This document shows, piece after piece, positions 9,121 through 20,493 of a DNA stretch of 64,000 nucleotides; the first letter of the stretch is position 1, and every line of letters begins with the position of its first letter. The notes beneath the pieces are model-generated. The model was not told the DNA's origin, ran no database searches, and was given only the letters and a program-made list of their open reading frames with translations. Where the stretch lies: contig NW_005434630.1 in assembly GCF_000315625.1 (NCBI RefSeq), positions 1 to 64,000 of the forward strand, read 5' to 3'. This DNA is from Guillardia theta CCMP2712 (Eukaryota > Protista > Cryptophyta). A program made the position numbers and the translations under genes.

Positions 9121-9230
9121 TCTCTTCCCTTCCCTTCTCCTTCTCCGGTTCGTCTTCCCTTCCCTTCTCCTTCTCCGGTTCGTCTTCCCTTCCCTTCTCC
9201 TTCTCCGGTTCGTCTTTCCTTCCCTTCTCC
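9121..9230. repeat. 30-bp pyrimidine-rich tandem repeat, ~3.7 copies
   Basis: Unit cgtcttcccttcccttctccttctccggtt. Confidence 0.95.
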
Positions 9231-9916
9231 GCCTTCCGAAGACTCTCTGTCACCCGATCTCCCCGGCAAACGCTCCGAGTATGTTGCCACACTGCTTCTG
9301 CCGCCCTCTCCCAGCACTCCTTCTTCCAACATCCTCGCGCAGAAGGAGGAGACTAGAGGAGCAGCTGCAGGAGAGCCAGACCGTAAGGATAACGGGAGAG
9401 GACGGAGGGCGAGGCACGGTAAGTAACTGGGAGAGGAAACGGGAGCAGAGACCGGAGGAGACTGGAGGAGATGCTACACAGGGCATGGAAAATTTTGATA
9501 CTGAGACGTCAGCGGAAGATTGTCCCGTCTCGCTGTTTCAAGGGTATGTAAAATAGGAACAGAATTTGGTTCAAGTTCTGTTCACACGGTGGTTTGGAAT
9601 TTGGCATAGGAGAAAGCATGAAGAGACTGCATTGTTAGGATACTGCTTCAAAAGACCTGATCAATTGGCACATTACTGAGATTTTTTCCCCTTGAGCATT
9701 GCATCATCCCAATCCATACTAACAATGTGAAGGTCAGATCATCTACAATCATTCCATCATCTCATATTGTACCAATCAGCGCTCATATCCTGATCGACAT
9801 CGACGTATTTGTTCGACTTGCGACTTCCCGGCTGTCCATGCTCACCAAGAAGTTCATTTAAACGAGTCTGATGATGAGAAATTCATCAGGCAAGGTGAAT
9901 CACACAATTTCCAAAC

Positions 9917-10996
9917 TCACTGGGTCCTTGATATGAGTGCGAGAGAAGACCATGAAGGACAACTCGTCGTAGATCTGGCGTTGACCGCGAAATCACCCTC
10001 CAGTACTCCATCAACACAAGTCGCACCATCAAAATTACTGCGCACACCAGACTGCAGGCAGCTGGGGCAATCATACTTTGCCATGGAGCACCGAACAGAA
10101 AATGATTCTGAGCACCTGCAACATGTTAGAGTCTCTCGTTCGGTTAGTTGTTTACATATCATCGCCGGAAGGAGCCAACAAGGAAAAGGTGGAAGAGGAA
10201 GAGGAGGAAGAGTGGTGAGCTCGGTCGGATGGGACCAGCTCTCAAGACAGATCTGGCATGTCATGTGAGAAAGGAGAAAGCCAAGGATTTGAGACTCACC
10301 AGGGAGAGGATGAGACGATGGCTAGTCCAGGGGGAATGCTAATCGCAAAGGTCAAAAATGCTGTAAGGAGATGGCAAGAACAAATACTCTCGTGTAGAAG
10401 AGCCTGTGATAGTCACAATACAGCAGACCCGTTCCACCTGGTCCTCGTCAAGCCGGCAACACAGTAATAACCTCACATAATGACAAGGCGAGGAGAAACC
10501 GAAAGCTCCTCCCTAATTCTATCCTCATGCCTGGGTAAATATTAAAAAAACAAGAGCATGAAGGCGTGGAAGCACCTGACTGACATAAGAAGAAGAGATT
10601 GATCATGCTGGCCATGTCGAACTTCCCTCCAAAGCAAAGAAAGCTGCAATAGCATTGTAACAGGTCCTGTCACTCACAAATGATCAAACTTTGTGATCAG
10701 CCGATACTGCTGTCCTCCTTTGATGATGCTCCTCCAGTCTAAGTGCAGCTCCTGCGAGATCCAAGGTGAGACGCATCTTCAGCCACCAAGCAACCTTCTT
10801 GTATTCGGGGTGAAAGCGAAAAAGGATGATCGAAGCTACCAGGAAGAAGCACCAGGTTGCACACACTGCGGGTCATTCCATGACTAATGCATCCGTTTTG
10901 CAGTAATCGGCTGCTCACCTGGGGTGACTCTTCCTGACATGTTGGTGATATGCCCGAGCATGCTTCGTAACTATGATACAGAGACAGTGACTGCAT
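9917..10996 (-). CDS. Possible multi-exon Cys-rich (zinc-binding?) hypothetical gene or TE remnant
   Basis: ORF 9917..10264(-) has CQIC, CCRC and CPSC motifs. Upstream short ORFs have GT..AG intron-like spacers. No family recognised. Confidence 0.25.
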
Positions 10997-11077
10997 ATGA
11001 GATGATAATTAGATCTTGACAATCTGAACACAAACGCAACATTTTCCTCCCTTTATCAAATTGCCCCCTCCTGCTTA

Positions 11078-11133
11078 CCTCCCTCCCTCCCTCCCTCCCT
11101 CCCTCCCTCCCTCCCTCCCTCCCTCCCTCTCCC
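11078..11133. repeat. (CCCT)n microsatellite
   Basis: Long run of ccct units. Confidence 0.95.
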
Positions 11134-12335
11134 TGCCACGCTGTCTTCCCATGCAGAACATTATTTTCCTCATTCAGGTAAAGTTTCGGCCTCCCATGTA
11201 AAAATAATAAAAGGTGTAAAAGTGTTTTTTTAACAACACAAGGAACAAGCCCGACTCAGAGGAAAAGAAGAGGCAGCAATTTACGGTAACGGAGTAGCTC
11301 CCATTCCTCTTGTTTCCAAGCTCTTGGGGAATCAGAAGAGTCAAACCAGCTTTGAAAGGTAATAATAATGCAAGAGGCAAACGAGATGTACATGGATTGA
11401 ATCGTCAAACTCTGAACGGAATTCTGCAGGATTCAGCATGATATCTGCTCAATTCTTTTATCACAATCTGTGTGATAATCAGGAGGTATCATTCTTGGAC
11501 TTATTCTGACGTGAACTCATCATGCGTCCCATCAGTTCACACGGTTGCATATCACTGCATTCCGAGGAGCTTTTGGAAATCTTGGAATCCAAATCCAGCG
11601 TGATAGCAATATGAAAATGTTCCGAATAATGCATATCAGTGATTCGGTTTGAATTTTCGGTTTTCTCCTGGCCTCTGCTGATCGTACCACCTTGAAATGC
11701 AGGCTTCAATGCAGTTGCACGATGGGGTGTTTGTAGGAGATCTCATCGAAATGGTGAATCAAGAGAAGTATGTTGATTTCAACCTGGTTCTTCTTTAAAT
11801 CAATTTCTTTGCGTAGTTTATTCGCTAAGTCAGATTTTGAAGCTACAAAATGTCTCGAGGGCCCTCCTTTCAGTGAAGTGAACAACATTGTGCTCTTCTC
11901 TTTCATCAAGTAGATTATAGGTTTATTTGACCATTCTGAGAAAAGTTTCGACCAATTCTGCTTCGCCACAATCCCGTCATGTAATTAGGGTTCTTGATTA
12001 TTGGGTTTTCTTACTATTTTCAAGACTTTGAAAGTTCAAAATGATCAAACAAGTGATTCATCGAAGCCAAAAAGTGAAGCGGCTTCTAGCAATCAGTTTT
12101 TTTCGATACAAGGGCATATTCAAAGAATCTTTCGATTTGAAAAGTCGCTCACAGTTGCGTGCAGAAAAGAAATCTTGGATTACACGAATGTGCATCATTG
12201 GGACATTTATCAAGTCTGACTTCTGTTCCTCATTTTCTCTTTCATGAATATCATTTCGACAGGTGTCTGTTTGGCTGAAAATCAGAGGTATAGAGCAAAA
12301 CTGTGTTCAGGGTTTAGGAGAACTTCTTGTCATGA

Positions 12336-13506
12336 TGGTTGATTATGGAGCCTTACTCAGGCTTTGAGCGAGAGATTGACATTTTCAAACGAAATGGAAT
12401 TGATGGACAGGTAGGATGAGAACATTCGACGATCCATTTCAGTATGAGCAAAGTTTTCCAGGTTTTGTTGAAACTTACAAAGGAACACTTGGCCGAGCTA
12501 GGCATTGGTCGAGGTGACCCCCCTTGGCATGTTGACGCAAATGTTTGAAGTCCCGTTTAGTCGGAGTTTCAATCAAGCTTCACAAGGAGGTGTCCTTGGT
12601 GAGAACGAGATGCCTTCGATTGTTAGGTCATGATTTTACGCAGCTGAAGAGACTGCACTTGAAACCCAACACAAAGAAGCTTTTCATGAGGTAAGCAACA
12701 GAATGATCTCGATTCGGTAATTCATGGAATAGGAATCCTTTCCGATTAATCTTTGGATTGTTCACTTTTCACTGGGCTCAAACTTCGGAAGTGGTGGAGA
12801 GTGATGCTGAGAAGGTAAATTTCCAGAATATTCAAGCTTACTCCCTAATTATTTGACCGGGTAGGATGAGTGCGTAAATGTCAATGTACAGATAGCTATT
12901 GTGTCTTCATTGGCATTCTCATTCACATGGACCATGTTGTTCAGATGTGCAACTTTGTGCATGTGTAATGGGGACAACTCTGACTGCTTTTGCAAGAGAG
13001 GATTTGATGTAAGACCCCCGATTCCAGCGTCAATCATGTACTGCTTTTCGGCCGTGGCTTGCATCTTTTTCATGTGGGCTCTAATCATCTCAATCATGAT
13101 GATCATTCTGATCAACGAAATGAGTGACGACAAAGAGATTTTTGTGCTGATAAACACAGTCATGTCAGCAAGCTCACAAAACACCTCAGGAAGGTTTTTC
13201 ACCTTGGGTATGTTCTTTATGTCACTTCCAGTCGGAGTCTACTGCCTGTACAATCAGGATTTTGGCCTTGAAAGGATAGAAATTTCACAGCCAGATGACT
13301 TGAAGACTTTCGCACTTGGTATTTGTTGCGCTACTTGCATCTTGATTGCATTGCTTTGGGTCTTTGCGTGGATTTTCTCCATTCCACGCGCCATTGGCAT
13401 TGTCTATGCTTCCAAGCTCAAGGCGACTGAGGATGACATTAACCTTTGGATTCAGAGCAAGAAATTCTTTGACCAGGTTGAAAACACCTCAAACAACCGT
13501 ATTTAA
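12336..13506 (+). CDS. SAM-domain plus multi-pass membrane protein (multi-exon; 5' end uncertain, possibly disrupted)
   Basis: Spliced translation WLIMEPYSGFEREIDIFKRNGIDGQ|VLLKLTKEHLAELGI is a typical SAM domain. The last exon 12901..13506 has about four hydrophobic helices. Confidence 0.6.
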
Positions 13507-13747
13507 TCAGCTTTGTTTTTCAACTTTCTTTGAGGTTTGTTGAGCTGAAAACAAGGAGTCAACTGAATCAAGTTGGTTGATGGAGTTCTTTACATCCAGT
13601 TTTGCAGATTGCAAGTCACAAGCCAGCAGTAGATCTTGGAAGTAGCTATTTTTTACATACTCCCTATTTCTAGTATCTAAAAACTAAACTTCTAGTCGTG
13701 TTGCTCATGAAACGATTTTAGAGTACAAGCATCAAAGTTCTTTATCG

Positions 13748-14401
13748 ACTGAAAAAGAAAAGGCAAACCGGAGCAAACAAAGGAGGACGAGGATAAAGCC
13801 TACAAACCCGCCTCAATAAAATACCAGGACACGAAGGAGGCAGCGAAAACCGCTACTCCAACCACGCAAGCGACGGCATGCACGACCAGCAGGGGAACAA
13901 GGATCAGGGAGCGCAACCATCGCACTCCGCTGTCAGCGTAGCTCCATGGTGATCCGCCAGGTACCAGAGAAACCGCAAAGCGTCAGCATGAAGAAGACCA
14001 TCCGTACCTGCAGTGAAGGGAAGAAAGGCTTTCGGCGGGTGATGGGTGCCATTACTTGCGCGATGATCCGAAATCTTCTGTTGGGCGGGGCCGGAGAGCG
14101 CAGAAAGTCCGACGGGGCTGCCGCTGCTGTTGTAGGGATGAGTCATCGTGAAGTCCAGAACCAGCCCATTCCAGATGTGGGTGGAGGGGCCAGGGAGCCA
14201 AAGGTCGCCCATGTGTCGGTTAGTGGGGCCATGCTGAGGGACGAGGGTCCGGGTGTGTTGCAGTCCCTGCTGATGAAGCTTCATGACGATACCAGCTTCC
14301 ACACAGATGTCGCGAAGAACCACAGTACACTGCTCATGTGCGGTGGTCCAGAGAGCTGCGCGATGACGACAATTGGACAAAAGAGAGAGACCGCGGCTTC
14401 G
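13748..14401 (-). mobile_element. 5'-truncated RLE-type non-LTR retrotransposon remnant (CRE-like), a second family
   Basis: ORF 13904..14422(-): C..H region, RHMGD, LVLDFTMTHP, AQQK, FLPFTAGTDGLLHADALRFLWYLA, as at the C-terminus of RLE LINEs. It is followed by a T-rich 3' UTR and flanked by imperfect 15-nt direct repeats at 13733-13747 and 14402-14416. Confidence 0.7.
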
Positions 14402-14584
14402 CAAAGTTCCTTGTCGGAGCAATTTTTGACACTTGGATGTATACCTTGGATTGACAGGGTAGGGTGATTTACCACCGGTTATTCAATATAGAACTATTAC
14501 TCCATAATAGGAAATCAAGGGGTGGTAAATGATGGACAACTAGGTAGGGTGATATTTTCGAGTGAGCGGTAGCCGAGGCTTGTG

Positions 14585-17500
14585 ATGGCCATGGATGAGC
14601 CAGACGTGGATCCAGACATGGCGTTGCAACATCGCGACATGCGCCTCGAGGATACAGCAGCTTCAACCTCATCTCCAAGTCCTCCTCGAAATCCTCGATC
14701 TAATGCTGATCAGACCATGGAGTTTCTGGAACAGGACTTAAACGACATCACAATAGCTAAAGATTACATCGCTACCTTGCAAGCCATGCTTGCTTCAGTA
14801 TCCAGCCAGAAAGACAGCTTGCGAGCCAAATTAAGTTTTCTCCGGCGAGAAAACAGCATGCTGACTGACAAGCTTGACATAATGTCTACCAACTTTCAAA
14901 GACAAGCCAATCATCTTGACCTTGAATGTAGAGAAAAGCAGCAATTAGACACTGAATGCTTCCAACTGGGTGAAAAGGTCCTTCTTGAATTTCGAGATGT
15001 CAAAAAAACTGATAGAATTGAATTCAAGATGCAAAATTATGTTAAGGAGATGAAGATGGTATCCTCACATTTGGAACAGGAACGAAGTGCAAGAGAACAA
15101 ACAGAGGTCAATTTATCCATCGGACTTCACATGTTGAATTTTACATACAGGCTAGGCTGTCGACTGCACAAACTGTTCAGGAAGCGCTTGTTCGTCAGGT
15201 CCTGATTTCTTCTCTCGGTACTTACCTAAGAAGTTTATTCTGAATGTAGAAGCATGAAGCCATTTTGTTGTCACAAGAATTTGAGCGACAATTAGTGGAA
15301 GAGAAGCTTGAGGTGCAACGCATGAAGACAAATTTGCAAGAATTAGGGACCGACTTAAATCTCTGTGTCCAGGTTCTTATCCACTTACTGCGCCTCCTCT
15401 GAAAACTTATCATGACATTGATGCGCAGGAGAAACGGTTTTTAGAAGAACAAGTGGTTGGAGCTCAGATCAATCTGCTTAAAGCAAAAAAAGCTAATTTT
15501 GACATCCGAGTTTTGTTGAAATATTCAGTTGAATGGAAAATCCTTGTTCTTTTGAATGCACAAAAATATCAACGCTTGGAAGATGTTGCAAAACTGCGAA
15601 TTCACAAGGCGACACATAGATATTTTCTCAAATGGATGCATATCGTGAAGCATATGAGCATAGTGGCAGGGCAAGAGCTAGACTTTTGTATGGCTGATCA
15701 ACGAAAAACAATTTTGCTTTTCTATAATCTTTGGGGGATTCATGTTCGAAGGAGTTTTAAAGCAAGGGAACGCAGCGACATTCTTTACCGTAATTTGCGA
15801 CACAATTCGAGAAAACAGATTTTACGATGCTACATGGTGTGGTGGTGCAACGTGCATCACAAAAAAATTGAAATGCATCGAGTTATTGCCTCACTAGCAA
15901 GACATTTCATTGTACGAATCGGATCTGAAGTGCTCATCAAATGGTCGATTCAAACCAAACATTCTGCAAATATTCGAAAACAATGCTTGCAATTACAATG
16001 GAAGAGAGGATCAAAAGCTCTAAAGATCCATTTGTGGCACTGGATAAAACTCCTTCAAGCATCCCTGGGTTACAGTGATGGAATCCTTACTATGATTACT
16101 TATCGCTCTTTCATCATGAAAGCTTTGAAGGGTATCTTTTATCTTTGGTGCAGTTTTGCGCGACAGAAAAACATCTTGATCACCAAGGGGGTGCATCTAA
16201 ATAGAAGACATCTTCGTGCCACTGCAAAATGCTGTCTGAACAAGTGGAATTTGGTTTCTAACACTCCAGGCAAAGTTTTTGACAAAGAAGTTCCATATTT
16301 TGAATCACTCGTGACTTGTAACCGTAGAACGATTCAAAGAAGTTTACAAGAATGGTATCTGCGAGAAAAGAGTGTCAAAGAATTCAGATCTTCAGTTTGC
16401 AAAATTCGACGTAAACATTTTCAGCAAGAAACTAACAAATGGCTTCTGATTTGGAGTGTTTTTGTAAGGAAAAAATCATTGCTCCACAAATATCTTGTAC
16501 TACTTTCAGCACGAAATTCTACTTGCAAGCTAAGAGAAAGATTTGCAGCATGGCATTGCTATCACATTCTGAATGTCCTTCATCGAAAAGGCGAACAAAA
16601 ACTAAAGCACAAAGAAATGAAAAGACTCAGATACATCTGTTCCGCTTGGTATCTAACCATTCATCAACAGAAGGCAAAATCAGTGTCAGATCGAGCAAGA
16701 AAGAAGAAATTGCAATATACACTAATCCATCGCATACTATCACATTGGAGAGAGAGCGCAGGGGAAGGCATGCGGCTGAGAACAGTCGGGCAGAAGGTCG
16801 TGCGGCGGATGAGGAGCCTAGCGCTGGCCATGGGGTACGGGGAGTGGAAGAGCCGGTGGGAGGATGCCAGGAGGTACAGAGACGTCGTCGGGAAGACGGC
16901 GCGGCGGTGGAGATACGCGCTAGCAGGATCAGCAATCGGACGGTGGAGAGAGAGCGCAGGGGAAGGCATGCGGCTGAGAACAGTCGGGCAGAAGGTCGTG
17001 CGGCGGATGAGGAGCCTAGCGCTGGCCATGGGGTACGGGGAGTGGAAGAGCCGGTGGGAGGATGCCAGGAGGTACAGAGACGTCGTCGGGAAGACGGCGC
17101 GGCGGTGGAGATACGCGCTAGCAGGATCAGCAATCGGACGGTGGAGAGAGAGCGCAGGGGAAGGCATGCGGCTGAGAACAGTCGGGCAGAAGGTCGTGCG
17201 GCGGATGAGGAGCCTAGCGCTGGCCATGGGGTACGGGGAGTGGAAGAGCCGGTGGGAGGATGCCAGGAGGTACAGAGACGTCGTCGGGAAGACGGCGCGG
17301 CGGTGGAGATACGCGCTAGCAGGATCAGCAATCGGACGGTGGAGAGAGAGCGCAGGGGAAGGCATGCGGCTGAGAACAGTCGGGCAGAAGGTCGTGCGGC
17401 GGATGAGGAGCCTAGCGCTGGCCATGGGGTACGGGAAGTGGCGGACTTTGGTTGGTATGGCTCGTTCTCTTCGCAAGATCTCCATTAGGTTTCACTTCGC

Positions 17501-20396
17501 GAGATGGATGTCGCTCATGTCAATCGTAATTGACTCTTGGAGGCAAACCTGTACACGTTTTCGACATTGCCGTTGTTGTTTTGAATTGATAGTCTCGCTT
17601 CATTGCTCGAATATTCTTTTTTCATTTTTTTCGAATTGGTTGTTTTTTCTGCGAGATGACGTGGCACGTCGAACACATCTAATTTACAGAATTGAAAGGC
17701 TTGCTGTCGTTCAACCTACGCATTGTGGCTCGCAATTGCTTTCAAATTGGTTGTTTATGGTTAATGCAAATCGGATCGAGTCATCATATGCTTCACGCAG
17801 AATGGCACAGAGATATTATGCGGTCGTCAAGCTTTATCTCAGATTTTGGATAGAGCTTTACCTCAGCAAGAAATCTTTTGTCCACTTGGTTTCTTGCTGG
17901 ATGAGAAAAGGTGAACACAAGTATCAAGTTTTTGCCTTTGGATTTTGGAAAGAGCTGTGTGAAGAAAAGAGTATGTTTTCGAAGATCCTGTCTGTTCGTA
18001 TCAAAACATTGAAATTTCTGATGTGCCGAAAGGTTTTCAAATATTGGGAAATAAGGATGAAAGACAATTGCATTTTGAAATATGGTCTCAGAAATCTATT
18101 GAAAAAAATGATACGAAAGCAGTTGGCAATCTCCTTTGCAACGTGGAAATGGTGGCAACTTCAATCCAAGAAAAAGAATTCTAGAATGATGAGGTTTAGA
18201 ATGACTCGATCCAAATCAGCCCTTCGAGGTGTTCTACAAAGCTTTTTCACACTTTTGGAATGGCGGAAACAAAAAATCATGGCCAAAATTTTCAGAGAGA
18301 AAAAATTGATGAACTACAAGAAAAGATTGGTGGGATATTGGATGATGGCTTGCACAAAGCGACAGATTCGATTGAGAATGGACTACGTCGCAGATCGTTA
18401 CTTGTCGGATATAGTCTTGCGGAATCAATATGAAATTTTTGACCACTGGAAGCTATTATCTCAGAGAAAGAAATATTTGTCTTGCTCTCTCCGTGTACAG
18501 AACACAAAAAACGTCAACAAACATCTGATTCGTGCTGTACAAGGCTGGTTGAATTACGCCAACCTTGTCACGAAGCAAAAGAAAAATCAAATACGTTTTA
18601 GAAAATGTGTCGAAAGAAAGCTGCGCCTTATTGTATTATACAAGCTACATAATCAAGTGACCATCGTCAAGAATATTACAAATTCAGTCCAAGCAATGCA
18701 TAAGAAACACTTACACAGTGTCTTTCATCGTTGGTTCGGCTCTGTGCAAAACAAGAATGAGAGCCTTTACATGAAATTGACTAGTTACAGCAGGCTAGCT
18801 GTCCGTCTCGAATGTAGTCAAAAGAGCATGAAATCTTTGAGATTCACCATTTTAGGTGCATGGACTTATTTATTCCGACAAAAACGTGGCAGCAAGTTTC
18901 TGCGCTCCAATCTTAGTCTACTCTGGGACAAACATGCTCTTTCTGGGAGTTATGATCTATGGAAAAAGGTCTCGGTCTCATCAAGAAAAAAACATTACGC
19001 TCTTGTACGAATTCTTCAACGAGTGTGCAACAAGAGGCAAAAGGAAGCATGGACAGGCTGGCGACACATTCTCATTTTGAAGCAATCGATTGACAGGAAG
19101 TCCACAATAGTCAGAGTATTTCAATGCAGCCGGAACAGAGCAGGCATTCGAAGAGCATATCTTGCATGGTCTTGGCATGTAAACGATTCCAACATCACTT
19201 TCGACTGGATGTTTCGAGTGCGATCAGTAATCATCCAGTGTTGGATATCAAGTTGCTTTTTGGAATGGAAAGCAATTACCAGACAAAAAGCTCGAAAGCT
19301 GGAAAAGTTGAACGATTCTCGTGCAGGTCGAGTCAAATTCACGGCATTTCATCGATTCAAAGCGAATGTTTGCACAATTTTATTTGCCCGGTTCGGTTCT
19401 CTGCAATCGTTACATTGGAGTTGCAAAAAGGAAGGGAAGCTTGCCTTTGTAATGTGGTTGGAGTATACCACTTGGAAAGCAAACATTAGAAACGTAATTG
19501 TACATCGCTGCAAAATTCTAGCGTCACGCAACATGCAGAAACTTTCAATCAGATGTTGGCTGAATTTTCACAAGTTTTCAATGATGGTCAAAAACGCGGC
19601 CAAAAAGGCCGAACATCAATCTGGAGATAGTCTGTTGAATCGAAGCTACTTTATATGGTCGCAAGAAACCCACTTGCGCCAGAGGCTGTCATGTGCCGCG
19701 AGTAGAGTTGGTTTCAAACAAACATTCAATCAGAAACGAAGGTCTTTCTTAGAGCTTTGCTCATGGGCCCATAAAAGAACATTGCAAAAACATTTCCAAC
19801 GGAAAATCTCCGCTCGTCATCTCTCATTCCTTTTGCACGATTGTTTGAAAAGGTGGAGAGTTGAGGTTTGTGTGAACAACAGGTAGCCCCTTCTTGATTG
19901 TGCCATCATTGCTAACGATCGAAGGTACTGGAAGCTCCAGGATTCAAAATGTAAGGAGATACTCGAGTTTTGCTTGTCCTCGTGGCACAAGAGAACCAAA
20001 CAAGTTTGACTCTTGCTCGGGAAGAAAAATTCTTGACGTCAAGATGACAGGTAATGGAGAGCTGCGCACTCGGTCGGCGACGAATGCTCAACCGCACACA
20101 AGTGTTGCACTCTACCACCTTTCATTCTTGGAGATTGTGGTCGAAATTAACCTCAAAAGCGTTGAGGAAGAGCCAAGCTTACCTCTCCAAGGTCCAGCTA
20201 GACTGCATGGTCAAGTGGCAGATGGCAGCAACGTTTTCGGAGGAGGAAAAGTGCTCAAGACAGGTACAGAACATTCTTTACATCTTTTGATGACAAGTCT
20301 TTCCAGGTCGCAGCGCTCGTGAGCAGTGCTTGCAGGTCTTCAAAGGGAAGAGAACTTATGCGATATATGATACGAGAGCATGCTGCCTTTGAATGA
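14585..20396 (+). CDS. Large Sfi1-like (centrin-binding, Trp-periodic repeat) protein with N-terminal coiled coil; multi-exon, 3' end approximate
   Basis: Coiled-coil exon 14582..15205, then a 1477-aa ORF 15453..19886 that is basic and helical with regularly recurring F/L-x-x-W motifs, with 33-aa spacing in the repeat block. Confidence 0.7.
16746..17441 (+). repeat. 198-bp perfect coding tandem repeat, 3.5 copies (66 aa = two 33-aa Sfi1-type units)
   Basis: Units start at 16746, 16944, 17142 and 17340 (WRESAGEGMRLRTVGQKVVRRMRSLALAMGYGEWKSRWEDARRYRDVVGKTARRWRYALAGSAIGR). Confidence 0.97.
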
Positions 20397-20493
20397 AGTT
20401 CCTATCTAAAATATCACCCCAGATTTTCCAATTATGCTGTGGAATGTGAAAAGGCAGGTTCATCATCGAAGCCATTGAGTACCTGTGCAAGTA

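Noticed and set aside
8990-9556. LTR retrotransposon start (TGTA... plus tandem repeats)
   Set aside because: No second LTR, primer-binding site, gag or pol motif was found.
16439-17488. Long alternative-frame and antisense ORFs over the 198-bp repeat
   Set aside because: They arise from a stop-poor unit whose length is a multiple of three, and they end soon outside the repeat.
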